A DNA stretch of 64,000 nucleotides from Candidatus Pacearchaeota archaeon (GCA_041651235.1 JBAZJQ010000002.1:3434-67433); one strand, 5' to 3'. Counted from the stretch's first letter, positions 43,778-53,343 are shown. Notes: generated from the sequence alone by a model not told the origin. Translations and numbers: made by a program.

Positions 43778-44023
43778 ATGATACAACAAAATCAAACACA
43801 AACACAAACAACAGAGGCACGATGTCCCTATTTAGGATGTAAAACTTGGCAGAGATTATTTGATAGAGATGCTGAAGAAGCAAATAATCAGAAAGATAAA
43901 CGATGCACAACTCCATTACATAAAAGCTGTTCAACATACAGACAATTAGAAGAACAAAAAAGTTCAGATATAAAAAATTATGTTTATCAAACATATCCTC
44001 AATTAAATGGAGCATCTCAATAA
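43778..44023 (+). CDS. 81-aa ORF between rpoB and rpoA
   Basis: MIQQNQTQTQTTEARCPYLGCKTWQRLF...KRCTTPLHKSCSTY... (4 Cys). Its stop is 1 nt before the rpoA ATG at 44025. Confidence 0.5.
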   Translation: MIQQNQTQTQTTEARCPYLGCKTWQRLFDRDAEEANNQKDKRCTTPLHKSCSTYRQLEEQKSSDIKNYVYQTYPQLNGASQ

Positions 44024-44024
44024 A

Positions 44025-47000
44025 ATGGCAATTAAACCAATAAAAAAACAAGTTGAAAGTTTGCAATTTACTTTATTTAGTCCAGATGAGATTAAAAAAG
44101 TCAGCAAAGCAAAAATAATAACTCCTGAATTATATGATGTAGATGGTTATCCTGTTGATGGAGGATTAATGGATTTAAGATTAGGAGCAATTGATCCTGG
44201 AGTTAGATGCAGAACTTGTGGTGGAAGATTAAAAGAATGTTTAGGACACCCAGGAAGCATTGATTTAGCAAGACCTGTTCTCCATATAAAATATATTGCA
44301 GTAGTTGAATTATTTTTGAGAAGCTATTGTTCTGAATGCCATAGATTAATGATTAAAGATAAAGATATGGAAAAATACAAAACAGCTTCTGCTAGATTAA
44401 AAAGAGCAAGAGATGCAAAAAAATGTCCTCATTGTCAAGCAGAACAAGAAAGAGTTAAATTAGAAAAACCAAGTACATTCAGAATAGGTAAAAGGAGAAT
44501 TTTCCCTGGAGAAATAAGAGATAGATTAGTAAGAATTTCGGATGAAGAAGCTAAATTAGCTGGGATTAATCCAAAAATATTCAGACCTGAATGGTCTATT
44601 TTAACATTATTATTAGTTCCTCCTGTAACAGTAAGACCTTCAATTACTTTAGAATCAGGTGAAAGAAGTGAAGATGATTTAACTCATAAATTATCAGATA
44701 TTATAAGAGCTAATCAAAGACTTTGGGAAAATTTGAATGCTGGAGCTCCAGAAGTTATTATTGAAGATTTATGGGATTTATTACAGTATCATATTACAAC
44801 ATTTTTTGATAATTCTATTTCAAAAATTCCTCCTGCAAGACATAGAAGCGGACAGCCATTAAAAACAATAACAGAAAGAATTAAAGGTAAAGAAGGAAGA
44901 ATAAGGCATAACCTTGCTGGAAAAAGAGTTAATTTCTCTTCGAGAACAGTTGTAAGCCCAGATCCTTCATTAAAGATTAATGAAATAGGAGTTCCAATAG
45001 AAGTTGCAGAAGTTTTAACTGTTAATGAAAAAGTTAATTCAACTAATATTGAAAAACTAAAAGAAATAATTAGAAAAAAAGAATACCCTGCTGCAAATTA
45101 TGTAATAAGGCCTGATGGAAGAAGAAAAAGAATTACAGAAGAATTAAAAGAAGAAATTTTAGCAGAATTACAACCAGGTTATGTTGTTGAAAGACAATTA
45201 ATTGATGGAGATGTCGTATTATTCAATAGACACCCTTCTCTTCACAGAGCAAGTTTAATGGCTCATTTTGTAAAAGTTCTTCCTTATAGAACATTTAGAA
45301 TGCACCCAGGTGCTGCACACCCTTATAATGCAGATTATGATGGAGATGAAATGAATATTCATGTCCCACAAACAGAAGAAGCAAGAGCAGAAGCAAAAAC
45401 TTTACTAGATGTTAATCAAAATTTATTCTCACCAAAAGATAACAGCAACTTACTAGGATGTAATGTGGATGCAGTTACTGGAGGATATTTACTAAGCAAA
45501 GGCGATTTAACTAATCAAGATACTGCTCAATTATTATATCAATCAGGAATTGATGTAAGATTAGCTGGAAAAAATATTAAAGGTAATGACATTATTTCAG
45601 AAATAATTCCTAAAGTAGATTACAAAGGGAAAACAAAGACAGGAGAAAATTTTATTATTGAAAATGGAAAAATTAAAGAAGGGGTTGTTGATGAAAATGT
45701 GTTTGGTGTTGAAGCAGGAGAATTTATGAAGACTCTTGATAAAGAATTTGGAAGAACTAAAACAATTGAAGTTCTTGAAAATGTTTTTAGATTAGGAACA
45801 AAATATCTTTCAAATCATGGATTTACAATTGCTGTTAATGATTTAGGTGTTAATGAAAGAGTTAAGAAAGCTACAGAAGATATTGTTATTGAAGCTGAAA
45901 ATGAAACTAAAAGACTAATTGAAGAATGGAAATTAGGAAAAATTGAGACAATTCCGGGTAAAAGTCCTGAAGAAACAAGGGAAATTAAAATTATGCAGAT
46001 ATTAAACAATACAAGAACTCAGGTAGGTAAGGTAATTAAAAAAGAATTCCCTCAATCAAATCCTATTAGTATTATGATGAATGCTGGTGCTGGAGGAAAT
46101 GTTCTTAATATCAGCCAGATGGCTTGTTTTGTTGGACAACAATCATTATGGGCAAAGAGAATTGGAATTGGATTCAGCAATAGAACTCTTAGCTTGTTTA
46201 AAGAGGGAGATTTAAGCCCTAAAGCAAAAGGATTTATCTATAATTCATTCTTAAAAGGATTACAACCATATGAATTCTTTTTTGGAGCAATGACAGGAAG
46301 AGATGCTCTGATGGATACTGCACTGAGAACTCCTAAATCTGGTTATTTATACAGAAGATTAGCAAATGCATTACAAGATATAAGAATAGAGTATGATAAA
46401 ACAGTAAGAGATGGTGCAGGAAGTATTATTCAGTTTAAATATGGTGATGATGGAAAAGATGTTTCTGTATTACACAAAGACAAAGAGATTGCTCCTGGAG
46501 AAGCAATTGGGATTATTACTGCTCAATCATTTGGGGAGCCTTCAACACAGATGGCGTTAAGTACATTCCATGCAGCAGGAGTTGCAGAAATGCAGGTTAC
46601 TCAAGGATTACCAAGATTAATTGAGATATTTGATGCTAGAAGAACTCCTTCAACTCCTGAAATGGAAATTTATCTTGATAAAGAACATAATAATGAAAAA
46701 GATGCAAAGATTATTGCTGAAAAAATACAAGAAGTTAAATTAATTGACATAACAAAAGAGATAAAAATTAATTTCAGTGAAAAGAGAATTGAAGCTGTTA
46801 TTGATACTAATGCTGTTAAGAGAGTTCATTCTTCAATTGAAAGCATTGCAGAAAAATTAAAAGAAAAAGTTAAAGGGAAAATAAAAGCAAGCGGCAATTC
46901 AATTATATTTGGAGATAAAGAGTTAAATTTCAAAGAGTTATATAAATTAAAAGAAAAAATAAAAGATAGTATAATTTCTGGAATAAAAGGAATTGAACAA

Positions 47001-47549
47001 ATTCTAGTTGTTAATAGAGACAAAGATTATGTAATTTTAACTGCTGGAACTAATCTTAAAGAGATAATTGAGTTCAAAGGAATCGATAAAACTAGAACAG
47101 TAAGCAATGATATCCACGAAGTTTGTGATATTTTTGGAGTAGAGGTTGCCCGTGCAGTTATTATTAAAGAAATTGAAAAGGTTAAAAATTCTCAGGGACT
47201 AGAAATCAATGAGAGACATCTGAAATTAATTGCTGATGCAATGACCTCTGAAGGGGTTGTTAAGGGTATAACGAGAATGGGAATTATCTCGCAGAAATCA
47301 TCTATACTTGCAAGAGCAAGTTTTGAAACTCCAATAAAACAATTTATCAATGCTACATTAAAAGATAATAAAGATGAATTAAATTCAGTTATTGAAAATA
47401 TAATTTTGAATCAGCCAGTTCCTGTTGGTACTGGACTTCCTGGCTTATTAGTTGAAGTTACTGGTCCTTTATCAGACAAGAAACAAAAATCAATTAAAGC
47501 TGTTGAGAGTTTAACCAAGAAAACAAAAGAAACAACAGGAAAAAAGTAA
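44025..47549 (+). CDS. rpoA: RNA polymerase subunit A, fused A'+A'' in one ORF
   Basis: All of the following lie in a single frame: Zn motif CRTCGGRLKECLGHPG, catalytic NADYDGDEMN, bridge helix GRDALMDTALRTPKSGYLYRRLANALQD, and trigger-loop block AQSFGEPSTQMALSTFHAAGV followed by GLPRLIEIFDAR. An alternative start at 44007 would overlap the upstream ORF. Confidence 0.9.
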   Translation: MAIKPIKKQVESLQFTLFSPDEIKKVSKAKIITPELYDVDGYPVDGGLMDLRLGAIDPGVRCRTCGGRLKECLGHPGSIDLARPVLHIKYIAVVELFLRSYCSECHRLMIKDKDMEKYKTASARLKRARDAKKCPHCQAEQERVKLEKPSTFRIGKRRIFPGEIRDRLVRISDEEAKLAGINPKIFRPEWSILTLLLVPPVTVRPSITLESGERSEDDLTHKLSDIIRANQRLWENLNAGAPEVIIEDLWDLLQYHITTFFDNSISKIPPARHRSGQPLKTITERIKGKEGRIRHNLAGKRVNFSSRTVVSPDPSLKINEIGVPIEVAEVLTVNEKVNSTNIEKLKEIIRKKEYPAANYVIRPDGRRKRITEELKEEILAELQPGYVVERQLIDGDVVLFNRHPSLHRASLMAHFVKVLPYRTFRMHPGAAHPYNADYDGDEMNIHVPQTEEARAEAKTLLDVNQNLFSPKDNSNLLGCNVDAVTGGYLLSKGDLTNQDTAQLLYQSGIDVRLAGKNIKGNDIISEIIPKVDYKGKTKTGENFIIENGKIKEGVVDENVFGVEAGEFMKTLDKEFGRTKTIEVLENVFRLGTKYLSNHGFTIAVNDLGVNERVKKATEDIVIEAENETKRLIEEWKLGKIETIPGKSPEETREIKIMQILNNTRTQVGKVIKKEFPQSNPISIMMNAGAGGNVLNISQMACFVGQQSLWAKRIGIGFSNRTLSLFKEGDLSPKAKGFIYNSFLKGLQPYEFFFGAMTGRDALMDTALRTPKSGYLYRRLANALQDIRIEYDKTVRDGAGSIIQFKYGDDGKDVSVLHKDKEIAPGEAIGIITAQSFGEPSTQMALSTFHAAGVAEMQVTQGLPRLIEIFDARRTPSTPEMEIYLDKEHNNEKDAKIIAEKIQEVKLIDITKEIKINFSEKRIEAVIDTNAVKRVHSSIESIAEKLKEKVKGKIKASGNSIIFGDKELNFKELYKLKEKIKDSIISGIKGIEQILVVNRDKDYVILTAGTNLKEIIEFKGIDKTRTVSNDIHEVCDIFGVEVARAVIIKEIEKVKNSQGLEINERHLKLIADAMTSEGVVKGITRMGIISQKSSILARASFETPIKQFINATLKDNKDELNSVIENIILNQPVPVGTGLPGLLVEVTGPLSDKKQKSIKAVESLTKKTKETTGKK

Positions 47550-47600
47550 TTACTATTCTAGAATTATTTATATATCTCATAAAAATAAATAATAAATTAT

Positions 47601-47625
47601 CCGTTCATCAAGCTTAATCTTAAGG
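47601..47625. repeat. partial repeat core (R9)
   Basis: ccgttcatcaagcttaatcttaagg resembles tattgattaagcttaatcttcatc at 746-769. It overlaps the stop codon of the minus-strand gene. Confidence 0.3.
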
Positions 47626-48030
47626 TGCTACTTTCTTAAATTTTTTGTCTATAACTAATTCAAGATTTTGTAATTCTTCTGGAGAGATTTTATTAGAGTA
47701 TAATCTTTTTAAATTTCCAATAAATCTCATTAGATATGCTTGTTCTATATCTACTCCAAATTCTTCAGCAAGCCAAACTGAATAAACCAATAAATCCGGT
47801 ATTACTTTCGTCTTAATATCTTCATCTGAAATTTGTCTGTCCTCTTCAATATCATGAACATAACCCGCTAATCTTCCAAACAACTTACCCATATGAGCAT
47901 AGGTATGTCTTACTTTATCAAACCCAGAAAATCTCTGAGCTATAAATCTTTTATCATAACTTCCCTGAAGCTCCTGTAAATCTTTAATTGTTAAATTAGG
48001 ATTTCTTCTTAAAATATCTTCGAAACTCAT
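47620..48030 (-). CDS. MazG-like all-alpha NTP pyrophosphohydrolase family protein (tentative)
   Basis: 136 aa. The helical pattern ...HMGKLFGRLAGYVHDIEED...IPDLLVYSVWLAEEFGVDIEQAY... is reminiscent of MazG/DCTPP1-type domains. It is antisense to the surrounding operon. Confidence 0.4.
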   Translation of the reverse strand: MSFEDILRRNPNLTIKDLQELQGSYDKRFIAQRFSGFDKVRHTYAHMGKLFGRLAGYVHDIEEDRQISDEDIKTKVIPDLLVYSVWLAEEFGVDIEQAYLMRFIGNLKRLYSNKISPEELQNLELVIDKKFKKVAP

Positions 48031-48185
48031 TTATTTTTTTATTGAAATATGTTAATAAATATATGTGTTACAGGTCTTTCCATTGTAAGTTATTTAAAAC
48101 ACTTTTTCGAAGACAAAACATTTAAAAACTAATTATACAATTGTTTTTTAACAAGGTGAAAAACTTTTAAGAACTAAGATTTAAC

Positions 48186-48605
48186 ATGGTAAAAACTTTA
48201 GATATGCAATCAATAAGATATACAAATATTTTCAACAAAGTTACAGGAATAAGCAGCAATCATTGTTTTTCTTATAATAATGCTATTATTTTTGCTGTTC
48301 CGAGAGCATTAGTTGTTCGAGCAATTGGAATAGACAATAAAAATTTAAAAAAACTAAGTGAGATTATGCAGAAGAAAATAAAAATTGTTGCGATACCTAA
48401 TGGAAGAGAAGACATAGAAAAATTTGTTTCTGTAATAACTCATCCAGTTAAATTCAAAGATATTGAAATTAAAGATGATGAAGCGATAATAAATGCAAGT
48501 TCACAGAGCAAAGCATCTCTTATTGGAAGAAGAAAAATAAGGCTTGAAGAAATGGAAAATGTTCTAAAACAATATTTTGGAATCAAAAAAGTTATGATAC
48601 GGTAA
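48186..48605 (+). CDS. nusA: archaeal NusA-like termination/antitermination protein (two KH domains)
   Basis: 139 aa. Its position between rpoA and rps12 is conserved. It has KH-like GxxG contexts (AIGIDNKNLKKL, LIGRRKIRLEEM). Confidence 0.8.
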   Translation: MVKTLDMQSIRYTNIFNKVTGISSNHCFSYNNAIIFAVPRALVVRAIGIDNKNLKKLSEIMQKKIKIVAIPNGREDIEKFVSVITHPVKFKDIEIKDDEAIINASSQSKASLIGRRKIRLEEMENVLKQYFGIKKVMIR

Positions 48606-48751
48606 AGTTTGATAAAGATAGTTTATAATCCTTTAAAGGTCTCTCTGAGAAACCTTTAAAAACCCCTTTAATGATTAATTAATATCTCTGAGTATTGGTA
48701 AGATTTATAAGATTACTAAATAATATATTCATACTAAAAATAAAACAACAA

Positions 48752-49174
48752 ATGGGATTAAGAAGCGCTACAAAATTAATGAAAAATCGAAGAAAATTTC
48801 GATGGAAAGATAGAAAATATAAAGTTAAAACTCTAAACTTATTTAAGAAATCAGATCCACTTGGAGGTAAAAATCAAGCAAAGGGGATTGTTACTGAAAA
48901 AGTTCAGAAAGAAGCAAAACAGCCAAACTCGGCGATGAGAAAATGCTGCAAAGTTCAATTGATTAAAAATTCCAGAACAGTTACTGCATTTATTCCTGGA
49001 AATTTAGCTCAGAAATTTATTGATGAGCATGATGAAGTTATTATTGAGAGAATTGGCGGGAAACAAGGTAGAAGCAAAGGAGATATTCCGGGAGTTAGAT
49101 GGCAAGTTATAAAAGTAAATGATCAGCCTCTTTCAAGATTATGGATGGGCAAGATAGAGAAGGGAAGAAGATAA
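48752..49174 (+). CDS. rps12: ribosomal protein uS12
   Basis: ...[28 protein letters not shown]...[14 protein letters not shown]. The start was chosen at MGLRSA; the track start adds a hydrophobic leader. Confidence 0.9.
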   Translation: MGLRSATKLMKNRRKFRWKDRKYKVKTLNLFKKSDPLGGKNQAKGIVTEKVQKEAKQPNSAMRKCCKVQLIKNSRTVTAFIPGNLAQKFIDEHDEVIIERIGGKQGRSKGDIPGVRWQVIKVNDQPLSRLWMGKIEKGRR

Positions 49175-49383
49175 TGGTAATAAAATTAATAACAAGAACT
49201 GAAGATATAACTGCAGATAATTTTAGAACTTATCAAACAATAGCTATAGCTCCTGCTAATCCTCAAATTATTCAAAGAACAGAAAATGTATTAACCTCCT
49301 TAGAAACATTAGAAAATATAAAATATAATATGAAAGGTATTGGAGAAGAAAAAAGATATATTGAATGTAGGAGAGCTGGATAA
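49174..49383 (+). CDS. 69-aa ORF wedged between rps12 and rps7
   Basis: [69 protein letters not shown]. The ATG overlaps the rps12 stop (TAATG). Its stop is 1 nt before the likely rps7 ATG. Confidence 0.4.
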   Translation: MVIKLITRTEDITADNFRTYQTIAIAPANPQIIQRTENVLTSLETLENIKYNMKGIGEEKRYIECRRAG

Positions 49384-49384
49384 A

Positions 49385-50071
49385 ATGGAGCAAGAATTTG
49401 AACAAATGGATGAAGATAATTTTGAAGGTGAAGAAGAATTATCTCAGATAGAAGAAATTGAAAAAGAAAAACAAAAAAATGGATTTAAATTATTTGGGAT
49501 ATTTGATGTTTCAGATATAAAATTAGAAGATCCTGGATTAAAAAGATATATCAATTTAGAGCCTAAGCTTGTTGTAAAAAGTCATGGAAAAAATAGAGAA
49601 AAATTCTCAAGAGGAAAAATTAATTTATTAGAATTATTTGCAAATTTAGTTGCAGTTCCAGGACACAGAGGAAAAAAACACAAAATTCAGACAAAATGGG
49701 CAACTGGAAAATATTCAAAAAATATGATGGTGGTTATTAAATGTTTAAAAATTGTTGAAGAAAGAACAAAGCAAAATCCAATCCAAGTTTTAGTTAAAGC
49801 AATTGAAAATGGAGCTCCAAGAGATGGAATTACTGTTATTGAATATGGTGGAGCAAGATATCCTCAAGCAGTTGATTTAAGTCCAACAAGAAGATTAACA
49901 ATGACATTAAGATATATTGTACAAGGAAGTTATGATAAAGCATTTAACAAGAAAACAAAAATTGAAGAAGCTTTAGCAAGTGAAATCATAAAAGCATATA
50001 ACAAAGAAGCAGATAGTTATTTGCTTGCAAAAAAGAATGATTCTGAAAAACAAGCTGATAGCGCGAGATAA
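49385..50071 (+). CDS. rps7: ribosomal protein uS7 with an acidic N-terminal extension
   Basis: The core is LFGIFDVSDIKLEDPGLKRYINLEP...VPGHRGKKHK...AIENGAPRDGITVIEYGGARYPQAVD... An N-terminal MEQEFEQMDEDNFEGEEELSQIEEIEKEKQ precedes the conserved part. Confidence 0.88.
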   Translation: MEQEFEQMDEDNFEGEEELSQIEEIEKEKQKNGFKLFGIFDVSDIKLEDPGLKRYINLEPKLVVKSHGKNREKFSRGKINLLELFANLVAVPGHRGKKHKIQTKWATGKYSKNMMVVIKCLKIVEERTKQNPIQVLVKAIENGAPRDGITVIEYGGARYPQAVDLSPTRRLTMTLRYIVQGSYDKAFNKKTKIEEALASEIIKAYNKEADSYLLAKKNDSEKQADSAR

Positions 50072-50115
50072 AAGCAAAAGCTTTTTGCGGAAACAAGTTT
50101 AAACAAAAAACAAAA

Positions 50116-52305
50116 ATGGCAAAAAAAGAAACATCATTGGAAAAAATCAAGAGAATATCTTCAAGTCAAGATGGAATCAGAAACATTGCTACTTCTGCGC
50201 ATATTCACCATGGAAAAACTGCTTTAACTGATAATTTACTTGCTGCTGCAGGACTTATGAGTGAAAAGCTTGCTGGAGATTTAGAGGGTGGAATGTCAAC
50301 CTGGCAGCATTCTGATGAACAAGAGAGATTACTAACTGTTGATGCTGCAAATGTTTCAATGGTTCATGAATTTGATGGAAAAGAGTATATGATTAACCTA
50401 ATTGATACTCCGGGGCATGTTGATTTTTCTGGAAATGTTACAAGGGCGATGAGAGCAATTGATGGGACAATTGTTTTAGTTTGTGCTTCAGAAGGAATTA
50501 TGCCTCAAACAGAAACTGTAATTAGGCAGGCATTAAGAGAAAGAGTAAAACCTGTTTTATTTATTAATAAAGTTGATAGAATGATCAAGGAATTAAAATT
50601 AACTCCTGAGGGAATGCAGGAAAGATTCATGAAAATTATTGAAAATTTTAATTTATTAATTGAACAAATTGCTGAGAAAGAATTCCATAGCAAATGGAGA
50701 GTTAATGTTGCTGATGGAAGCGTTGCTTTTGGAAGTGCAAGAGACAACTGGGCAATGTCAGTTCCTTTTATGAAGAAAAAAGGAGTTAGTTTCAAGGATA
50801 TAATTGATTTATATGATAAAACAGAAGAAGAAAGAAAAAAATGGGTTTGGGAAAAAGCCCCTTTATTTGAAGTGTTATTGGATATGGTAATTAAACATCT
50901 TCCAAGCCCTATTGAAGCCCAAAAATACAGAATCCCCAAAATATGGCAAGGAGATATTACCAGTGAATTTGGAAGAGGATTGTCTCATTGCGACAAAAAT
51001 GCTCAACCTGCTTTTGTTATTACAAATACTATTATTGATTCAAAATCTGGAAAAGAAATTAATGCAGGAAGATTATTTTCAGGGACATTAAAACCTGGAA
51101 TGGAAGTTTATCTTAATACTGCGAAGAAAAAGCAAAAAATTCAACAGGTTTTAGTTTACAATGGAATAAAACCAGAACAAATGGAAGAAGTTGTTGCTGG
51201 AAATGTTCTTGCTATTACTGGACTTATTTCTGAACCAGGAGAAACAGTTACTTTACAGCCAGAAGAAGCTTTCGAGAATATTAAGCATATCTTTGAACCA
51301 GTTATTACAAAATCGATTACTGTTCCAAAACCTCAAGACTTACCAAAATTAATTGAAGTTCTTAAAAAAGTTGCAAAAGAAGATCCTACCTTAAAAATTG
51401 AAATTAATGAAGAAACTGGAGAGAACTTGATGTCAGGTATGGGAGAATTACATTTAGAAATTATTGAAAATAGAATTAAGACAGAAAAGGGAGTTGATGT
51501 AAGAACTTCTGCTCCTATTGTTGTTTATAGGGAAACTGTATTTAAGCAAGGGGGAGTTGGAGAAGGAAAATCACCTAACAAACACAACTTATTTTTTATT
51601 CAGGTAGAACCTTTAGAAGATGAAGTTTACAAAGCAATTAAAGAAGGAAAATTACATGAAGGAAGATTTAAGAAAAAAGAAGAGGAAAAATGGAAAGTTT
51701 TGAATGAATGTGGGATTTCAAATGATGAAGCAAGACAATACAGAGAGATTTACAAAGATTGTGTATTCTTAGATAAAACAAAAGGAGAAGTTCATATTGG
51801 AGAAGTTATTGAGATGGTAATGGATGGGTTTGAACAAGTTATTAATGCAGGAGTTTTAGCAAGAGAGCCTTGCACAAAATTGAAAATCTCATTAGATGAT
51901 ATTAAACTTCATGAAGATGCGATTCATAGAGGGCCTGCTCAGGTTTACCCTGCTGTAAGAGATTCTATTAGAATGTCTATTGAATCTGCAACACCAGTTT
52001 TATTTGAACCAGTTCAGACTCTTTTAGTTGAAGGGCCTTTAGATAAAATGGGAGAATTAACTAAATTATTCCAAGGCAAGAGAGGACAGATTATTGATAT
52101 TCAGCAAACTGCAGGACAAATTGCAATGAAAGTAAAACTTCCTGTTGCAGAAATGATTGGATTAGCAAGTGATGTAAGAAGTTCAACAGAAGGAAGAGGT
52201 ACATTCTCTATGATTGATCAGGCATTTGAAAGAGTTCCTCCAAACATACAACCTAAAGTTATACAAGAAATCAGAAACAGAAAAGGTTTAGCTGCGAATG
52301 AATAA
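50116..52305 (+). CDS. fusA: translation elongation factor aEF-2
   Basis: G motifs AHIHHGKT, DTPGH and NKVD. Diphthamide-region motif HEDAIHRGPAQ. Confidence 0.95.
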   Translation: MAKKETSLEKIKRISSSQDGIRNIATSAHIHHGKTALTDNLLAAAGLMSEKLAGDLEGGMSTWQHSDEQERLLTVDAANVSMVHEFDGKEYMINLIDTPGHVDFSGNVTRAMRAIDGTIVLVCASEGIMPQTETVIRQALRERVKPVLFINKVDRMIKELKLTPEGMQERFMKIIENFNLLIEQIAEKEFHSKWRVNVADGSVAFGSARDNWAMSVPFMKKKGVSFKDIIDLYDKTEEERKKWVWEKAPLFEVLLDMVIKHLPSPIEAQKYRIPKIWQGDITSEFGRGLSHCDKNAQPAFVITNTIIDSKSGKEINAGRLFSGTLKPGMEVYLNTAKKKQKIQQVLVYNGIKPEQMEEVVAGNVLAITGLISEPGETVTLQPEEAFENIKHIFEPVITKSITVPKPQDLPKLIEVLKKVAKEDPTLKIEINEETGENLMSGMGELHLEIIENRIKTEKGVDVRTSAPIVVYRETVFKQGGVGEGKSPNKHNLFFIQVEPLEDEVYKAIKEGKLHEGRFKKKEEEKWKVLNECGISNDEARQYREIYKDCVFLDKTKGEVHIGEVIEMVMDGFEQVINAGVLAREPCTKLKISLDDIKLHEDAIHRGPAQVYPAVRDSIRMSIESATPVLFEPVQTLLVEGPLDKMGELTKLFQGKRGQIIDIQQTAGQIAMKVKLPVAEMIGLASDVRSSTEGRGTFSMIDQAFERVPPNIQPKVIQEIRNRKGLAANE

Positions 52306-52358
52306 AAGTTATTTTAGAATATAGATTTCTTTAAAAATAGATTATTTATTTTATTCTT

Positions 52359-52802
52359 ATGAATCCTGATTTAAAAAAGAAAATTGAACAAGTGAATGCT
52401 TCTTATCAAAGAAGAGAAAAAGAAGCAAGGAAAATCTGGAGAGGATATGATAATGAAGTTAGTAAATTAACTGGAATAGTAGCTAAAGAATTTAGAAGAG
52501 TCTTAGATGAAATTGATTTGCATGATTCTGCAAGCAGAAAAATAGAAATTCCAAAATTTAATGTTAATTATATCTATGAAGAAAAATGCTTTGATGTGGA
52601 GATACGAGAATGGGGGGTTAATGTTGATGGAACATTAATTTCTGATAGAAATAACCCTCATTATCAATATTGTGCTTATGAATATTTAAAACAAATAAAA
52701 GGGGCTCAAGATGAAATTAATCCTAAAATTATCCAATTCCAAAAAGATTTTAATGTTGGATATATATTTTATGATTGTCAGTGTGGAAGCGACCATAAGT
52801 AA
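52359..52802 (+). CDS. hypothetical protein
   Basis: 147-aa ORF with the C-terminal motif YDCQCGSDHK. Confidence 0.4.
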   Translation: MNPDLKKKIEQVNASYQRREKEARKIWRGYDNEVSKLTGIVAKEFRRVLDEIDLHDSASRKIEIPKFNVNYIYEEKCFDVEIREWGVNVDGTLISDRNNPHYQYCAYEYLKQIKGAQDEINPKIIQFQKDFNVGYIFYDCQCGSDHK

Positions 52803-52842
52803 TGAATAAAGTTTAAAAACATTAAAATAATTCTAAAATCCC

Positions 52843-53088
52843 ATGAAATTTAAATATGATCCAAAACATTTAGGAAAGGGATATTATAGTTGTAGAAGCT
52901 GTGGAAATGTATTTGCAGCTGGAATAAAACCATTTCATTGTGCAGATTGTTCTGATGCAGGAGAAGGATGGAATGTTGCTGTTTATAATTTTGGTAAAGA
53001 GGAATTAGAAGAAATTGAAGGGATAGGTCGAAGTTCTAATAATCCCGATTTAACAATAAGAGAATTAGAAAGTATAAAAATAGTTTGA
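52843..53088 (+). CDS. small zinc-ribbon protein
   Basis: 81 aa with CRSCG...CADC. Confidence 0.4.
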   Translation: MKFKYDPKHLGKGYYSCRSCGNVFAAGIKPFHCADCSDAGEGWNVAVYNFGKEELEEIEGIGRSSNNPDLTIRELESIKIV

Positions 53089-53130
53089 TATTACAATAAT
53101 CCTTTTATATTTAAGATAGATTGCAAGACT

Positions 53131-53325
53131 ATGGAAAAAAATGAGAAATTAGAAAGATTAAAAAGTTATGTAAGTAATGCTGGAAGAGGATTAAGTTTAG
53201 AATTAACTTCAACATATATAGTTGAGGCAATTGATTCTGGAGCTAATTCAACTGAATTAAGAAAAATATTTTTAGAATATGCCCCTACCCTCAATCATCG
53301 AATGCATGATCCTACTTATGGCTGA
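53131..53325 (+). CDS. hypothetical small protein
   Basis: 64-aa ORF supported only by its open reading frame. Confidence 0.3.
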   Translation: MEKNEKLERLKSYVSNAGRGLSLELTSTYIVEAIDSGANSTELRKIFLEYAPTLNHRMHDPTYG

Positions 53326-53343
53326 TAAATAAACCAAACTAAA

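Noticed and set aside
43559-44066. Minus-strand ORFs 43559-43744 and 43773-44066 as alternative explanations for the rpoB-rpoA spacer.
   Set aside because: Both are hydrophobic and low-complexity (F/L/I/Y-rich), and they would be antisense inside a plus-strand operon. The plus-strand ORFs show exact stop+1 nt+ATG coupling to rpoB and rpoA. Still, the coding status of the plus-strand ORFs is unproven.
49141-49173. Track start of the 80-aa ORF inside the 3' end of rps12.
   Set aside because: The ATG at 49174, overlapping the rps12 stop, is the more parsimonious start. The upstream part merely overlaps rps12 out of frame.
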